Below, one piece after another: positions 36,496 through 46,420 of a DNA stretch of 64,000 nucleotides (positions within the stretch are counted from its first letter, which is position 1; every line of letters begins with the position of its first letter). Location of the stretch: positions 1-64,000 of IMG/VR virus record IMGVR_UViG_3300033997_000243; one strand, given 5' to 3'. The notes beneath the pieces were generated by a model. That model was not told the origin of the DNA. It saw only the letters and a list, made by a program, of their open reading frames with translations, and searched no databases. The position numbers and the translations under genes were made by a program.

Positions 36496-37163
36496 ATAAA
36501 CCAAAACCCAAAACCCAAAAAGACATATCGACATTAGTGTCTTGTATCTTTCCTAAAGACCGTGAGAAATTCTTGCTCTCGTGTGGCATGGATCGCCTCG
36601 TTATTGCAAATCGTAGATTAACATTCGACTTGTTAAATTGCGTATCAAGTTTTAAGCCTAAAATTTCTGAGGTCAAAACAAGAAACGTGGGTGAGCAAAA
36701 GCAAATAGAATGCTATCAAAAATTAATGGCAAATCCATTGAAAGGAAGTGGCACTTTTGTTATAAATAGTTTTCCAACTGATCTAAGGGCCAAGCAATTG
36801 GCCGCTGTTGTTATGAATAGAGCTATGGATATTTACAGCGATTTCGATAGCAGACATCGCGCTGGAAGATCCGCTCCAATGTGGATTAAGTTAACTGGCT
36901 ACAGTTCTCATGATGTTATTAAACAAATCCGTGAGACAAATCCTTGCATGTTGGTCATAACAAATATAAATGATGAATCAACTCCGTACAAAATAGAAAA
37001 ACTTCGAGACATTCTCGATGTATTCGATAGCATTCCAAAACTTGTTGTGACAGCTGGACAAGACCCACTTACATTTTTTGCGCGTAAGCTGTATTATCCT
37101 GTCACTGCCGCAATAAGAATTGGTTCCGATCAAAAAATAACACATATTCTGGATATGCTTTAA
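36492..37163 (+). CDS. Hypothetical protein, degenerate DnaC/IstB-like AAA+ fold
   Basis: Pattern FVINSFPTDLRAKQLAAVVMN...MLVITNI...LRDILD...LVVT follows the DnaC layout without intact Walker motifs. Confidence 0.45.
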   Translation: MNKPKPKTQKDISTLVSCIFPKDREKFLLSCGMDRLVIANRRLTFDLLNCVSSFKPKISEVKTRNVGEQKQIECYQKLMANPLKGSGTFVINSFPTDLRAKQLAAVVMNRAMDIYSDFDSRHRAGRSAPMWIKLTGYSSHDVIKQIRETNPCMLVITNINDESTPYKIEKLRDILDVFDSIPKLVVTAGQDPLTFFARKLYYPVTAAIRIGSDQKITHILDML

Positions 37164-37669
37164 TGGACTCACTGCTTTATTGGTTGTTTCAAGGTAAACA
37201 ACATTTACCTATGAAATTTATTTTTCAAAAACCTGTATTCAATGTTACTTTTGATGGTATAAATTTTCAGGATAAGTTTGCCGAGTGGAAAGAAAACAGA
37301 AGCTTTTACGGAAGAAAGTCGAGAGATTTATTGATCCCTCTTAACTATGTAGTAAGGGAAGAACCCGCAACTGGATTCTACTATTTATTAAATGGCTACT
37401 ATGTAGATCCAAAGCAGTATGCAGATTGTGCTTGTCAGGCCGTAACACTACTGGCCAGTTGGTATGTGGAAAGGCATGTTAGCATTGAAGATAGATCGGA
37501 TATGCTTGCAGATTTACCTCATATTGTGGATGCTGATTTCGCTGAAAGTCTTTTGGCCGGAACTTATCATCCATTTGAAATATTTATGAAAAAATTTCCT
37601 TCAGGATCTATACATGACATGCCTCTGTATAGAATAAATCATCCATTCAAAGTTCGGATAAATAAATGA
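37163..37669 (+). CDS. Hypothetical protein
   Basis: TAATG coupling; 168 aa. Confidence 0.7.
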   Translation: MDSLLYWLFQGKQHLPMKFIFQKPVFNVTFDGINFQDKFAEWKENRSFYGRKSRDLLIPLNYVVREEPATGFYYLLNGYYVDPKQYADCACQAVTLLASWYVERHVSIEDRSDMLADLPHIVDADFAESLLAGTYHPFEIFMKKFPSGSIHDMPLYRINHPFKVRINK

Positions 37670-38415
37670 AAATATTAAGTAAATCAGTTTTAGGTATTTG
37701 GCACAAAAAATTCGCATGGTTTCCTGTTACTGACAATCGTGCGGAAGGTAACGACTTGACGACAACAACAATTTGGCTTGAAGATTATTGGAGTCGTACA
37801 ATTGTATCTCGTCAAGATCGTAGTTTAAAAACTCAGGTTCTTACAACCGAAGATTACTTGAAGTTTTGGTTGGAAGCAACTATTCCATTTGTGTACAGAA
37901 GATTACCTTCTGGTTCAGTAGATGCTTTAGATCAAGAAACTTTTATCAAGTGTTACATGGATCGTTCAATCGAAGAAGCTGCTGACACTCTTCAAACGCA
38001 CAACATGCTGACTACTCAACTGGATATACTTATTCCAGAATTCTTAAATACTGGAATAAGTGGTGAAGAAGTTGTGGAGAAAAGTTCGGGCTTGAGTTTT
38101 GAACAGTTCAAGTTTAATCTGCTTGCTCGTGCTTGGAATCCTCATGTTCCAACTTTAATGAAGCAGCATGGTAAAACTTTAGAGCTTCCTGAAGGCCACA
38201 CTTCTGATTCTTTACTCAGTTTGTTGATGGAATCTAAATATTTTGCAAATAATCCTATTTACGCACAGTACGATTATTTGCAGAAAATGCTTTCTGATAA
38301 ACGAATTTGTTTCACATACAATCCTAAAAATGTTGTTACCGGAATAAATTTGATGAACAGTCGCCTTACTCAAGTTGAAATCAGTGTAAGTGTTGCAGCA
38401 CCTAAGAAGGATTAA
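37666..38415 (+). CDS. Hypothetical protein
   Basis: ATGA overlap; 249 aa. Confidence 0.75.
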   Translation: MKILSKSVLGIWHKKFAWFPVTDNRAEGNDLTTTTIWLEDYWSRTIVSRQDRSLKTQVLTTEDYLKFWLEATIPFVYRRLPSGSVDALDQETFIKCYMDRSIEEAADTLQTHNMLTTQLDILIPEFLNTGISGEEVVEKSSGLSFEQFKFNLLARAWNPHVPTLMKQHGKTLELPEGHTSDSLLSLLMESKYFANNPIYAQYDYLQKMLSDKRICFTYNPKNVVTGINLMNSRLTQVEISVSVAAPKKD

Positions 38416-38417
38416 AA

Positions 38418-38606
38418 ATGTCATTAGATGTTCTTAACAGATTATTAGCCGATCCCAAATTAAATCTTCCAAAACACCGCAGAAGCGTTAGTGAAGGCGG
38501 CTCGAATTTAAAGTGGTTAAAAGATCATATCGAGGACAAGAATGAGATTAGTCCAGAATTGCGCTCATTGCTCGATACTCCAATTCAAAATCTTGTGAAA
38601 GGTTAA
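38418..38606 (+). CDS. Small hypothetical protein
   Basis: AAGGA RBS; fills the gap exactly. Confidence 0.7.
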   Translation: MSLDVLNRLLADPKLNLPKHRRSVSEGGSNLKWLKDHIEDKNEISPELRSLLDTPIQNLVKG

Positions 38607-38611
38607 AACTT

Positions 38612-39520
38612 ATGTTCGGCTCAAGTAACGATATGCGACCTAGATGGATAGGATGGGATAAAGCCCGTCCAGATATTCCAGAACAGTTTGAAGAAAAAAC
38701 ATCGGAACCTGATGTCCGAACAGAAGTATATTTGCCTGTATTATTTGACGAATCAAATATAGATCTGACCAGTATCGAAAATCAAATTCAATACTGGCAG
38801 CGCAAGATCGATGAAAACAAGATAATCAAGGCTCATGTTGAATCTCTTGAGGAACAGGTTAATAAAACACTTTCTAAATATCCGACCTATATGGAACTCT
38901 TTCATGAATTAAATATGCTTATAGCAGAAAACATGATTGAGCGCGAAAAATACGAAGAAAATTTAAAGCAGGAAATGCTTCGTATGAAACAGGAAGGAGC
39001 TGCTGGTAAAGAAATTCTTGAAAGACTTCGAGCTTTAAATGAAAGTCAGACAATTAGTGCTAATGAAAAACCTAAATTGTCGGATAAGCAAATTCAAAAG
39101 TTGTATAAAGCTCTCAAGAAAGAACTTAATAGAGTTCTGCATCCAGATAAATTGGGAAGTGATTTCAGCAAAGCAATGTACGATCATGCGAAAACTTTAT
39201 TAGAAGCACATGCTTTTGATGAACTTCGTACATTACTCGATGAATTAAAAATAACCAAGAATAAAAAAGCCAGCAAATTCTCTAAGAAAGCTGCTGCCGA
39301 AAAATTGAAGCGCAGAGTTGAAGAATTGAAGGCACAGGCAATACAAATTCAGGAAGAAGTAAAATCAATTTTACTGAGTCCTCGTGGAATGCTGTGCGCT
39401 GCTTATGAACAATTTGGTGATAGCTATGCTTTGATGCGTACTGCGATTAATTTAATTTCAGAACAAATCAGAATGGCTAAAGCCGAAAAGTTTAGATTCA
39501 AACAAACTGAATTCGACTAG
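38612..39520 (+). CDS. Coiled-coil protein with a J-domain-like HPD motif
   Basis: IQKLYKALKKELNRVLHPDK (HPD at 39140-39148) flanked by coiled coils. Confidence 0.6.
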   Translation: MFGSSNDMRPRWIGWDKARPDIPEQFEEKTSEPDVRTEVYLPVLFDESNIDLTSIENQIQYWQRKIDENKIIKAHVESLEEQVNKTLSKYPTYMELFHELNMLIAENMIEREKYEENLKQEMLRMKQEGAAGKEILERLRALNESQTISANEKPKLSDKQIQKLYKALKKELNRVLHPDKLGSDFSKAMYDHAKTLLEAHAFDELRTLLDELKITKNKKASKFSKKAAAEKLKRRVEELKAQAIQIQEEVKSILLSPRGMLCAAYEQFGDSYALMRTAINLISEQIRMAKAEKFRFKQTEFD

Positions 39521-39525
39521 CCAAC

Positions 39526-39554
39526 AAAGGGATCTTGCGATCCCTTTTCTTTTT
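39526..39554 (+). terminator. Rho-independent terminator
   Basis: AAAGGGATC-TTGC-GATCCCTTTTCTTTTT. Confidence 0.85.
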
Positions 39555-39635
39555 CTACCTCAAAATTTAATCATTGTCAAAACTCCATAATTTATGTCTA
39601 TACTGAAAAAGTATTGTCAATGGAGCAAAAACGCT

Positions 39636-41288
39636 ATGATTAACCCTTCAAATCCGGCACCTGGTGTCTACGGATATATTAAAGACGCTTCTGAAAGATT
39701 TCCACTCGTTTCCTCAAGTATTCCGGCTTATGTTGGCGAAGCTCAACGTGGTAAACCGAATACACCTATTTTCGTAACCGACAATGAAGATCGTCGTGCT
39801 AAGCTTGGCGATCTGAATCCACAAAAATATGGATTTGCTGGTTACTGTTTAGATCGTAACTTAAGAAATACTAACCGTGCGTTTTTCGTGCGTGTTGTCA
39901 ATCAGGCTAAAACTGCTTTTGCTTGGTTGACTGTTGATGATCCGGCTGCTGTTAATCCTGTAATGCGCTTAACAAATAATTCTGTTGCCGGATCTAATGT
40001 TCCTGAAGGCAATGAAGATCCAATGAAAAATATTGGATTTCTTGCAACAACTCCTGGAATTCAAAACGTAACTGGTTTCTTTAGCGCCAAAGATCCAGGT
40101 GCTTGGAATAATCAAATAACTGTTGCTGTTGGCCCATCAAATCCAGCTGGTGTTCCATTACGTTCAAATGGCCACAACCCAAAACATTTGAATGTTTATG
40201 TTTATTACGGAGCATTTGCTGCTGGTATAGCACCGATTGAAAAGTTTACTGTTAGTTTAACTCAAGAAGTTAACGAGAACGGCGAGCAAATGTATATTGA
40301 AGATGTTATTAACGTCAACAGTAAATACATTGATTTCAAACACAACGAATTGTTTGGCGCTCAATACGAATTCGTTACTTCTGCCCACGAAACTTTGGCT
40401 GGCGGTGATGATGGCCAACGCGCCACAGTAACTCAAATAGTTAATGCTTGGGATGCTTACTCAGATCCTGAACAAATTGACATCAGCTTGTTAGTAAACG
40501 CTGGTTACACTCACCATTTGATTCAACACAAAATGTTGCAATTGGCTGAACAGCGCGGTGATGCTTATGCAATTCTTGATACACCAAGTAATATGCAAGA
40601 AGTTTCAAACAGTGTTGCTTATCGTCGTCAAACATTAAATGCTAATACCTTTTGGGGTGGCATGTACGGCCCTGATATTTTGATTTACGATACATTCACT
40701 GATCGCCAGCTTTATATTCCTATCAGTGGTGACGTTGCACAACGTATGGCATTTACCGCAAGTAATCGTGCTCTTTGGTTTGCCGCTGCTGGTATGGAGA
40801 ATGGTACTCTGCAAAATATTCTTGGTGTTCGCCATGAATATGATCAAGGTGCTCGTGATGCTCTGGAACAAGCTCAAGTTAACTACGTGCGTAAACTTCC
40901 AGATGGTTTAGGTTACTGCTTATGGTCACAGAATACATTGCTTGCTCGTGCAAGTGCTTTCCGTGATGCTAACGTAGTTGCACTTTCACTTCACATTTTG
41001 AAAGCCAGCAAAACTTACACAGAGAATAAATTGTTTGATCCAAACGATGCTTTCTTACGTGCAAGTATCAAAACAAGTGCTGATGATTTTATGCGTCCAA
41101 TTAAAGCTGGCCGTGGTGTTGAATATTTCAATAACCAATGTGATGAAAGAAATAACACTAAAGATTTAATTGCAAACGGCGATTTAGTATTGGACATGCT
41201 TTATGATCCGACTATTGCAACAAAACGTGTACACGTTCGTTTCAATTTGAATCCGAAGGGCAGCACTTTTACAGGCATTGAAGCATAA
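39636..41288 (+). CDS. Contractile tail sheath protein
   Basis: PGVY N-terminus, G.AQRG, FFVRV, AKDPGAWNN, LAGGDDG, WFAAAG, FDPND and CDERNNT...I.NG.L motifs. GGAG RBS before ATG 39636. Confidence 0.92.
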   Translation: MINPSNPAPGVYGYIKDASERFPLVSSSIPAYVGEAQRGKPNTPIFVTDNEDRRAKLGDLNPQKYGFAGYCLDRNLRNTNRAFFVRVVNQAKTAFAWLTVDDPAAVNPVMRLTNNSVAGSNVPEGNEDPMKNIGFLATTPGIQNVTGFFSAKDPGAWNNQITVAVGPSNPAGVPLRSNGHNPKHLNVYVYYGAFAAGIAPIEKFTVSLTQEVNENGEQMYIEDVINVNSKYIDFKHNELFGAQYEFVTSAHETLAGGDDGQRATVTQIVNAWDAYSDPEQIDISLLVNAGYTHHLIQHKMLQLAEQRGDAYAILDTPSNMQEVSNSVAYRRQTLNANTFWGGMYGPDILIYDTFTDRQLYIPISGDVAQRMAFTASNRALWFAAAGMENGTLQNILGVRHEYDQGARDALEQAQVNYVRKLPDGLGYCLWSQNTLLARASAFRDANVVALSLHILKASKTYTENKLFDPNDAFLRASIKTSADDFMRPIKAGRGVEYFNNQCDERNNTKDLIANGDLVLDMLYDPTIATKRVHVRFNLNPKGSTFTGIEA

Positions 41289-41299
41289 GGAGAATCCTG

Positions 41300-41962
41300 A
41301 TGGCAAGTCCGGCAATGGAACTTCGTTTACAGAAATTCATTGATGCTGCTGAAATAATCAGTAACATGGGTGATCTTAATAACGAAACACCTGTTGCTTT
41401 GCGTCATCAAGATCCAACAAGTTTACGTACCACAACTTTTGTGTGCAGTCAGGTAGAACCAACTCGTATGGTTCTACCTGCTAACGTAATTTGGATCAAC
41501 TTTGATCGCAATAGCAAATTTTATAAGCAAGCACTACAACGTACAAGTAAAACAAGCGGTTCCCACAGTGAATTTGAACACAGTTGGGAACTTCTGTATT
41601 TCTATGACGAAGTTTTTGATCAGCAATACTATGATCCTTCAGACTTAGAAGGCATGGATGATGAACCAGTTTCTTATGCAACAACATTAGAAGCCGGTAT
41701 TTTTAAACTGACTACTCAACCTACTATTGCACTTGCTCCACGTATCATAAGTGAAGGGCATTATACTCTTACAAATGATCGAGATCCAACTGCACACGAT
41801 CATCCAGAAAAACCTGCAACGATGTTAAAGACAGTCAGCGCCTTTGTTACTGTTCAAAATCAAAATGCTCCAGCTATTGGAATGGCTTTGGTCTGTGACA
41901 GTCACACAACTGCAATTTGGCGCAGATTAACAGAAGCTGATGTAAATATGGGAGCAGCGTAA
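41300..41962 (+). CDS. Virion structural protein, paralogue 1 of 3
   Basis: Follows the sheath; shares EP...LP.NV.WI...YK..L.R and HxHPE.PA.MLKT motifs with the next two genes. Confidence 0.7.
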   Translation: MASPAMELRLQKFIDAAEIISNMGDLNNETPVALRHQDPTSLRTTTFVCSQVEPTRMVLPANVIWINFDRNSKFYKQALQRTSKTSGSHSEFEHSWELLYFYDEVFDQQYYDPSDLEGMDDEPVSYATTLEAGIFKLTTQPTIALAPRIISEGHYTLTNDRDPTAHDHPEKPATMLKTVSAFVTVQNQNAPAIGMALVCDSHTTAIWRRLTEADVNMGAA

Positions 41963-42969
41963 TGGATAGTCGTCAAACAGCATTCGTCGCTGCATTAACC
42001 GAATTTACTCAGATTGAAAATTTAAGTACCAACACTCCAATAATTGCAAAGCGCACTAACAGCGTGTTGGGTAAAACTAATATTTTTGCTTGCTCTAAAA
42101 TTGAACCGCATGAATATGTTTTACCACTTAATGTGATGTGGATTGATTACAACCGAACAAGTTTACGTTACAAACGTGTTCTTGCTCGCGTAAGTAAAGA
42201 TCCTGATCCGCTGTATGGCACTCAGCATACTTGGGTGGCTATAACTAATTTCGATGATATGTGGTATGATCATTTTTACTTACCAGGTGAAGAACCTAAT
42301 GGTGAAATTGAATTAGCTACTGTAGATCGTATCGGTATCGTTACGTTAACTCGTACTCCTACTCATGTGGCTGAACGTGAAACTCCAACAGTTGTTTCTG
42401 CTGAAGATCCACGCAATACAAATCCTCGGAATCCATTGCCTCACGATGGAATGCACCCTGAAATTCCAGCGCGTATGTTAAAAACAACTGGAAGAACTGT
42501 TGTGATTGACAACGGAAATGCGGAAGCAAATTTCTCTGTGATCGCAAATGTATCAGGCGATAGTAGTTACAGAAAATTGTTGCTGTCTGAAGTTCACGAA
42601 ACTTCTCCAACTGCTCCTGCATTAAATCCTTCAGCACTAAATGTTCCTCCTTACTCTGGTGAACTTTTTATTCCAGAGTTAACTGTATTTGATCGTGCTA
42701 ATGGTGTGATTGTTACAGAAGCACGTACATTCACAATTAACATCAAAGCATTTGGTGAATCAGATCCTGAAACAAAATTTAGAACTTATTTAGGCACATT
42801 TGTTCCAAGTGTTATTGTTTTACGTCATGAAGGTGTTATTCAATCCATTTCTGGAAACACTTTTGTGGCTAACCAAGTTGGTAAATACACAATACAAGCA
42901 ACGCTGGTTGACATCAACGGAATGAGCAGCATTCAGGTTGAAGGTGCTGTTGTTGTGGTGGAGGAATAA
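41962..42969 (+). CDS. Virion structural protein, paralogue 2 of 3, with C-terminal Ig-like domain
   Basis: Shared N-terminal domain; C-terminal G.YTIQATL beta-sandwich pattern. Confidence 0.7.
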   Translation: MDSRQTAFVAALTEFTQIENLSTNTPIIAKRTNSVLGKTNIFACSKIEPHEYVLPLNVMWIDYNRTSLRYKRVLARVSKDPDPLYGTQHTWVAITNFDDMWYDHFYLPGEEPNGEIELATVDRIGIVTLTRTPTHVAERETPTVVSAEDPRNTNPRNPLPHDGMHPEIPARMLKTTGRTVVIDNGNAEANFSVIANVSGDSSYRKLLLSEVHETSPTAPALNPSALNVPPYSGELFIPELTVFDRANGVIVTEARTFTINIKAFGESDPETKFRTYLGTFVPSVIVLRHEGVIQSISGNTFVANQVGKYTIQATLVDINGMSSIQVEGAVVVVEE

Positions 42970-42972
42970 ACG

Positions 42973-45588
42973 ATGACTTTAGCTGAATTTATTGAAAAGC
43001 ATTACCAGCTTTGTTCATATCGTGGCATAGATCCGCTCAACCCAATTGATTTCATTATTCAACCAGTTGAAGGTGTTGATGAAACTTGGACATTATTATG
43101 TAGCGTTAGTGAACCTACGTTTTCTCGCGTTGCCTACAATATCTTATGGATGCCATTGAATCCGATTGATCCTAACTACAGAAAAGTTTTGCGTAGAACG
43201 GATCATGAAACTTCAACCGCTCCATACAAAAGTGCTTGGATTGAAATCACCGATTACGATATGTTGTGGGACGAACCTCAGTATTGGATTCCAGTTGTTA
43301 CCGATCCAAATTTGTTAGGTATTGAAACACCTAATGAAAATATTGGGCCAGCAACAACATCGATTTTAGGTCTTGCTTATTTAGAACCTAATCTGCCGGA
43401 TTCGGAAAATAATATAGAGCCAGTTTTACCAATCGGTGTAGAAAAAGACGATTTGCGTATGAGCAATGATCGTTACCCAAATCTGCACACGCATCCCGAT
43501 TACGCAAGAACAATGATAAAGATCAATGCTACGCAATATGCGCGTGTTGATACAAGTTTTCCTCCTGAAGATGGAATGCTTTTATTTTTAGATGCGATTA
43601 ATCCAGATAATGCTAATGAATTTTTAGCTGTATGGCGTTATCCTCGCTCTGAAGATATTGCATTTGTTGACAGAAGCTTGTTAAGTATTGAAATTGTTGG
43701 CCCTACTGTTGTACAAGAACAATCAACTGAGCAGTATGAAGTTATTGCTCATTTCGCTGATGGTTCAAGTCGTGCAGTTGTCCCATCAATATTTGAAAAC
43801 GAGTTAAACACTTCTGCCGCCAGCATAAACATTAGTGGTTTGTTGACAACAAATAACATCAGCGTAAATACTCCGATTAGATTGGCCGCAAGTTATACTC
43901 ATTTAGGTATTACTCGCTCCGCTACTTTGAACGTGAATATAGTTGCTGGTATAGAAGTAATTGCTTTAGAAATTTTAGGTGCTGATGAAGTAACTGAAAA
44001 CACAACGTCAAGTGTTTATAGTGTACGTGCAACTTTCAGCGATAACTCGCAGTCAATTGTAACTCCACTTACTTTTGTTACAAACTCTCCGGCACTTGTG
44101 TCGATAAATCCAAACAGAAGTCTAACTGTTGGTGAAGTTAACGCAGCTACTCCAACAATTCTTACTGCAACCTATAGTTTTGGTGGCGCTACTGCTACAG
44201 CAACAAAACAAGTTACAGTTATTGAAGCTCCTGTTGTCCCACAATCGCTTGCAATTATTGGCCCAAGTCCGGCTACATTAATGGAAGGTGAAAGTTTTGT
44301 ATTTACTTTCCGTGTTACATACAGCGATGGAAGTATAGTTGTTTATAACACAACTAATATTTTCGCAAGCGAGAATACAGCTGTACTTGCTGTAAATCAA
44401 AATGGTGGTGTAGCAACTGGTACTGCTGGAAGTGTTACAACAAATACAACGGTACGATTAAACGCCAGCTATATTGAAGGTGGAGTAACTTTAAATGACA
44501 GTATGAATATTACTGTTACTGATGTTGCTGTTCCAACAGGTGCCGAAATTTATAACGGATTAACTGACTTCTTTGAAGATCAGCCTCAAGTTTTCCGTAG
44601 TCGTATTCGTTTTGATAATAACACAACACTTGCGGTTACAGATAGTACACGTACAGTCTGGAGTATTGTGAATGGTGGCGCTCATGCCTCTATCACAGAA
44701 CATCCAACTGACGGATCTGCAACTTTAGTTCCAAACAATATAACTGCGAACCAAACAGTTCGTATTCGTGTTGTTGTAACTTATAACGGTGTTGATTATG
44801 CGGTTGAGCAAAACTTAACTATTCGCGCTCGTTTAAATACACCAAACACACTGAAAATATTTGAAGCCAGTGTTGCTCCAGCAAACTATGATGGTGCTGT
44901 TACCAGCATTAACGTGAATGCAGGAACAACAGAAGATTTCAAACTTGCTGCAAAAATGTCATTCACTCCAACACAGTGGACAGCTATAGCAGCAAACAGT
45001 GGACAAGTTACGTTCTCAATTGCGTCACCAAACTATGGAATAACTGCTGTTGTTGATCCAAATAACAGTAACAATATTCTTGTTTCAGTTCCATTGAGTT
45101 TAGATCAAAACCGCACAGTGCAATTAATTGCAAGTTATGTGAATGACGGTGGCACCGCTAACGCCAGTTACACAATTAACGCAAAAGCAATTAGCACTGA
45201 CATTTCTCCACGTTTTGGTATGGCTCCACAGCAAAACTTAAAAGCAGATTACGCAACATCTGCATTCTATGATTTGTTGACAGGAACTTTAACTGGAGTA
45301 AACAACGAAACATTCACTACTGGTGCAAGCACTAACATGCAATCGTTGGCTTATATTATGTATCCTAAATCTTGGGGTTACATTTATATTGTCAACACTG
45401 GTAATAATGTTGCTGGTTCTTGGGATGGCGCTGGAACAACTGCAAGCGATGGTACATTTAATAGTGCTGAAGAAGTCACTGTTAATGGCAAGCAGTATTA
45501 TGTTTATCGTGTTACATTCCCTTATGGCCCTGCGATCACTTGGCGCATTAGTTATGGCTCCAGTGTTCCAGATTCAAGTATTCCATAA
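42973..45588 (+). CDS. Virion structural/fibre protein with tandem Ig-like domains, paralogue 3 of 3
   Basis: Shared N-terminal domain, then ~90-aa repeats (L.I.G...V.E...Y.V.A.F.DGS...L.ASY); Thr/Asn/Val-rich. Confidence 0.75.
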   Translation: MTLAEFIEKHYQLCSYRGIDPLNPIDFIIQPVEGVDETWTLLCSVSEPTFSRVAYNILWMPLNPIDPNYRKVLRRTDHETSTAPYKSAWIEITDYDMLWDEPQYWIPVVTDPNLLGIETPNENIGPATTSILGLAYLEPNLPDSENNIEPVLPIGVEKDDLRMSNDRYPNLHTHPDYARTMIKINATQYARVDTSFPPEDGMLLFLDAINPDNANEFLAVWRYPRSEDIAFVDRSLLSIEIVGPTVVQEQSTEQYEVIAHFADGSSRAVVPSIFENELNTSAASINISGLLTTNNISVNTPIRLAASYTHLGITRSATLNVNIVAGIEVIALEILGADEVTENTTSSVYSVRATFSDNSQSIVTPLTFVTNSPALVSINPNRSLTVGEVNAATPTILTATYSFGGATATATKQVTVIEAPVVPQSLAIIGPSPATLMEGESFVFTFRVTYSDGSIVVYNTTNIFASENTAVLAVNQNGGVATGTAGSVTTNTTVRLNASYIEGGVTLNDSMNITVTDVAVPTGAEIYNGLTDFFEDQPQVFRSRIRFDNNTTLAVTDSTRTVWSIVNGGAHASITEHPTDGSATLVPNNITANQTVRIRVVVTYNGVDYAVEQNLTIRARLNTPNTLKIFEASVAPANYDGAVTSINVNAGTTEDFKLAAKMSFTPTQWTAIAANSGQVTFSIASPNYGITAVVDPNNSNNILVSVPLSLDQNRTVQLIASYVNDGGTANASYTINAKAISTDISPRFGMAPQQNLKADYATSAFYDLLTGTLTGVNNETFTTGASTNMQSLAYIMYPKSWGYIYIVNTGNNVAGSWDGAGTTASDGTFNSAEEVTVNGKQYYVYRVTFPYGPAITWRISYGSSVPDSSIP

Positions 45589-45605
45589 GACTAGGAGTTA
45601 GTTTT

Positions 45606-46409
45606 ATGCCGTTGGCAGCTACAGATTTTTATCAGCCAGCGACAAACTTTGTTCCGTTCATCCTTGAGGATAATTTCCTCAAGGGTGGCTACAGAGTTTT
45701 TGCTACAATTGCTGATCGTGATCAATTTTTGGTTGACGCTGCATCTAAAAGTTTTGGTATTGAACAATTTGATGCTCGTAAGAAAATGATGCTCTGTGGT
45801 GTTATGGAAACTCCAGGGATCATTTATTATCTGGATGAAACCAAAGAAGCTTGGCTTGAGTATGAAAGCGGCTTAGTTTTTACCACAGAAACTCCATTGG
45901 AATTTTTAGGTGAAAACCAAGATCGTTTATCTATCAATCCGAACTATTTGGTTCCGCAACAAGGAAAGGCAGTTAGTAAAGTTTTAACTGTTCGACTTGA
46001 CGGCACTATAGGTTGGGAATATGTTGGCCTTGGTGCTGGTCAACGAGTTACAAGAACTTACCAACCGTTGAACAGTATTGCAGCTGGTGAAGAACATCCT
46101 TTTGAACTTAATTTAGGATTGAGTGTATTACTTGCTTATGTAGAAGTTAACACACCTGATTTTGAATTAAAAGGATTTACAACAGCCGCTCGTACTGATC
46201 GAAATCCTTACAAATTTGTAAGTAGTCCAGAATTTCTGTTTGATGAAGGTATTACCAATATAAATGGTGACTACATTAATCACAGGCGTTTTAGCTTTAT
46301 GCTTAATTTGTCTGAAGCACCTAGCACAATGCAATATTTTACTTTAAAAAATGTTGGTGCTGTTGACTCAAGACCTACAGTAACAATCACAGCTTTGACA
46401 TTGCAATAA
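45606..46409 (+). CDS. Putative tail/fibre-associated structural protein
   Basis: AGGAG RBS; within the structural operon; KGGYR...T.ADRD segment. Confidence 0.6.
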   Translation: MPLAATDFYQPATNFVPFILEDNFLKGGYRVFATIADRDQFLVDAASKSFGIEQFDARKKMMLCGVMETPGIIYYLDETKEAWLEYESGLVFTTETPLEFLGENQDRLSINPNYLVPQQGKAVSKVLTVRLDGTIGWEYVGLGAGQRVTRTYQPLNSIAAGEEHPFELNLGLSVLLAYVEVNTPDFELKGFTTAARTDRNPYKFVSSPEFLFDEGITNINGDYINHRRFSFMLNLSEAPSTMQYFTLKNVGAVDSRPTVTITALTLQ

Positions 46410-46420
46410 CAGGAGTTAAC

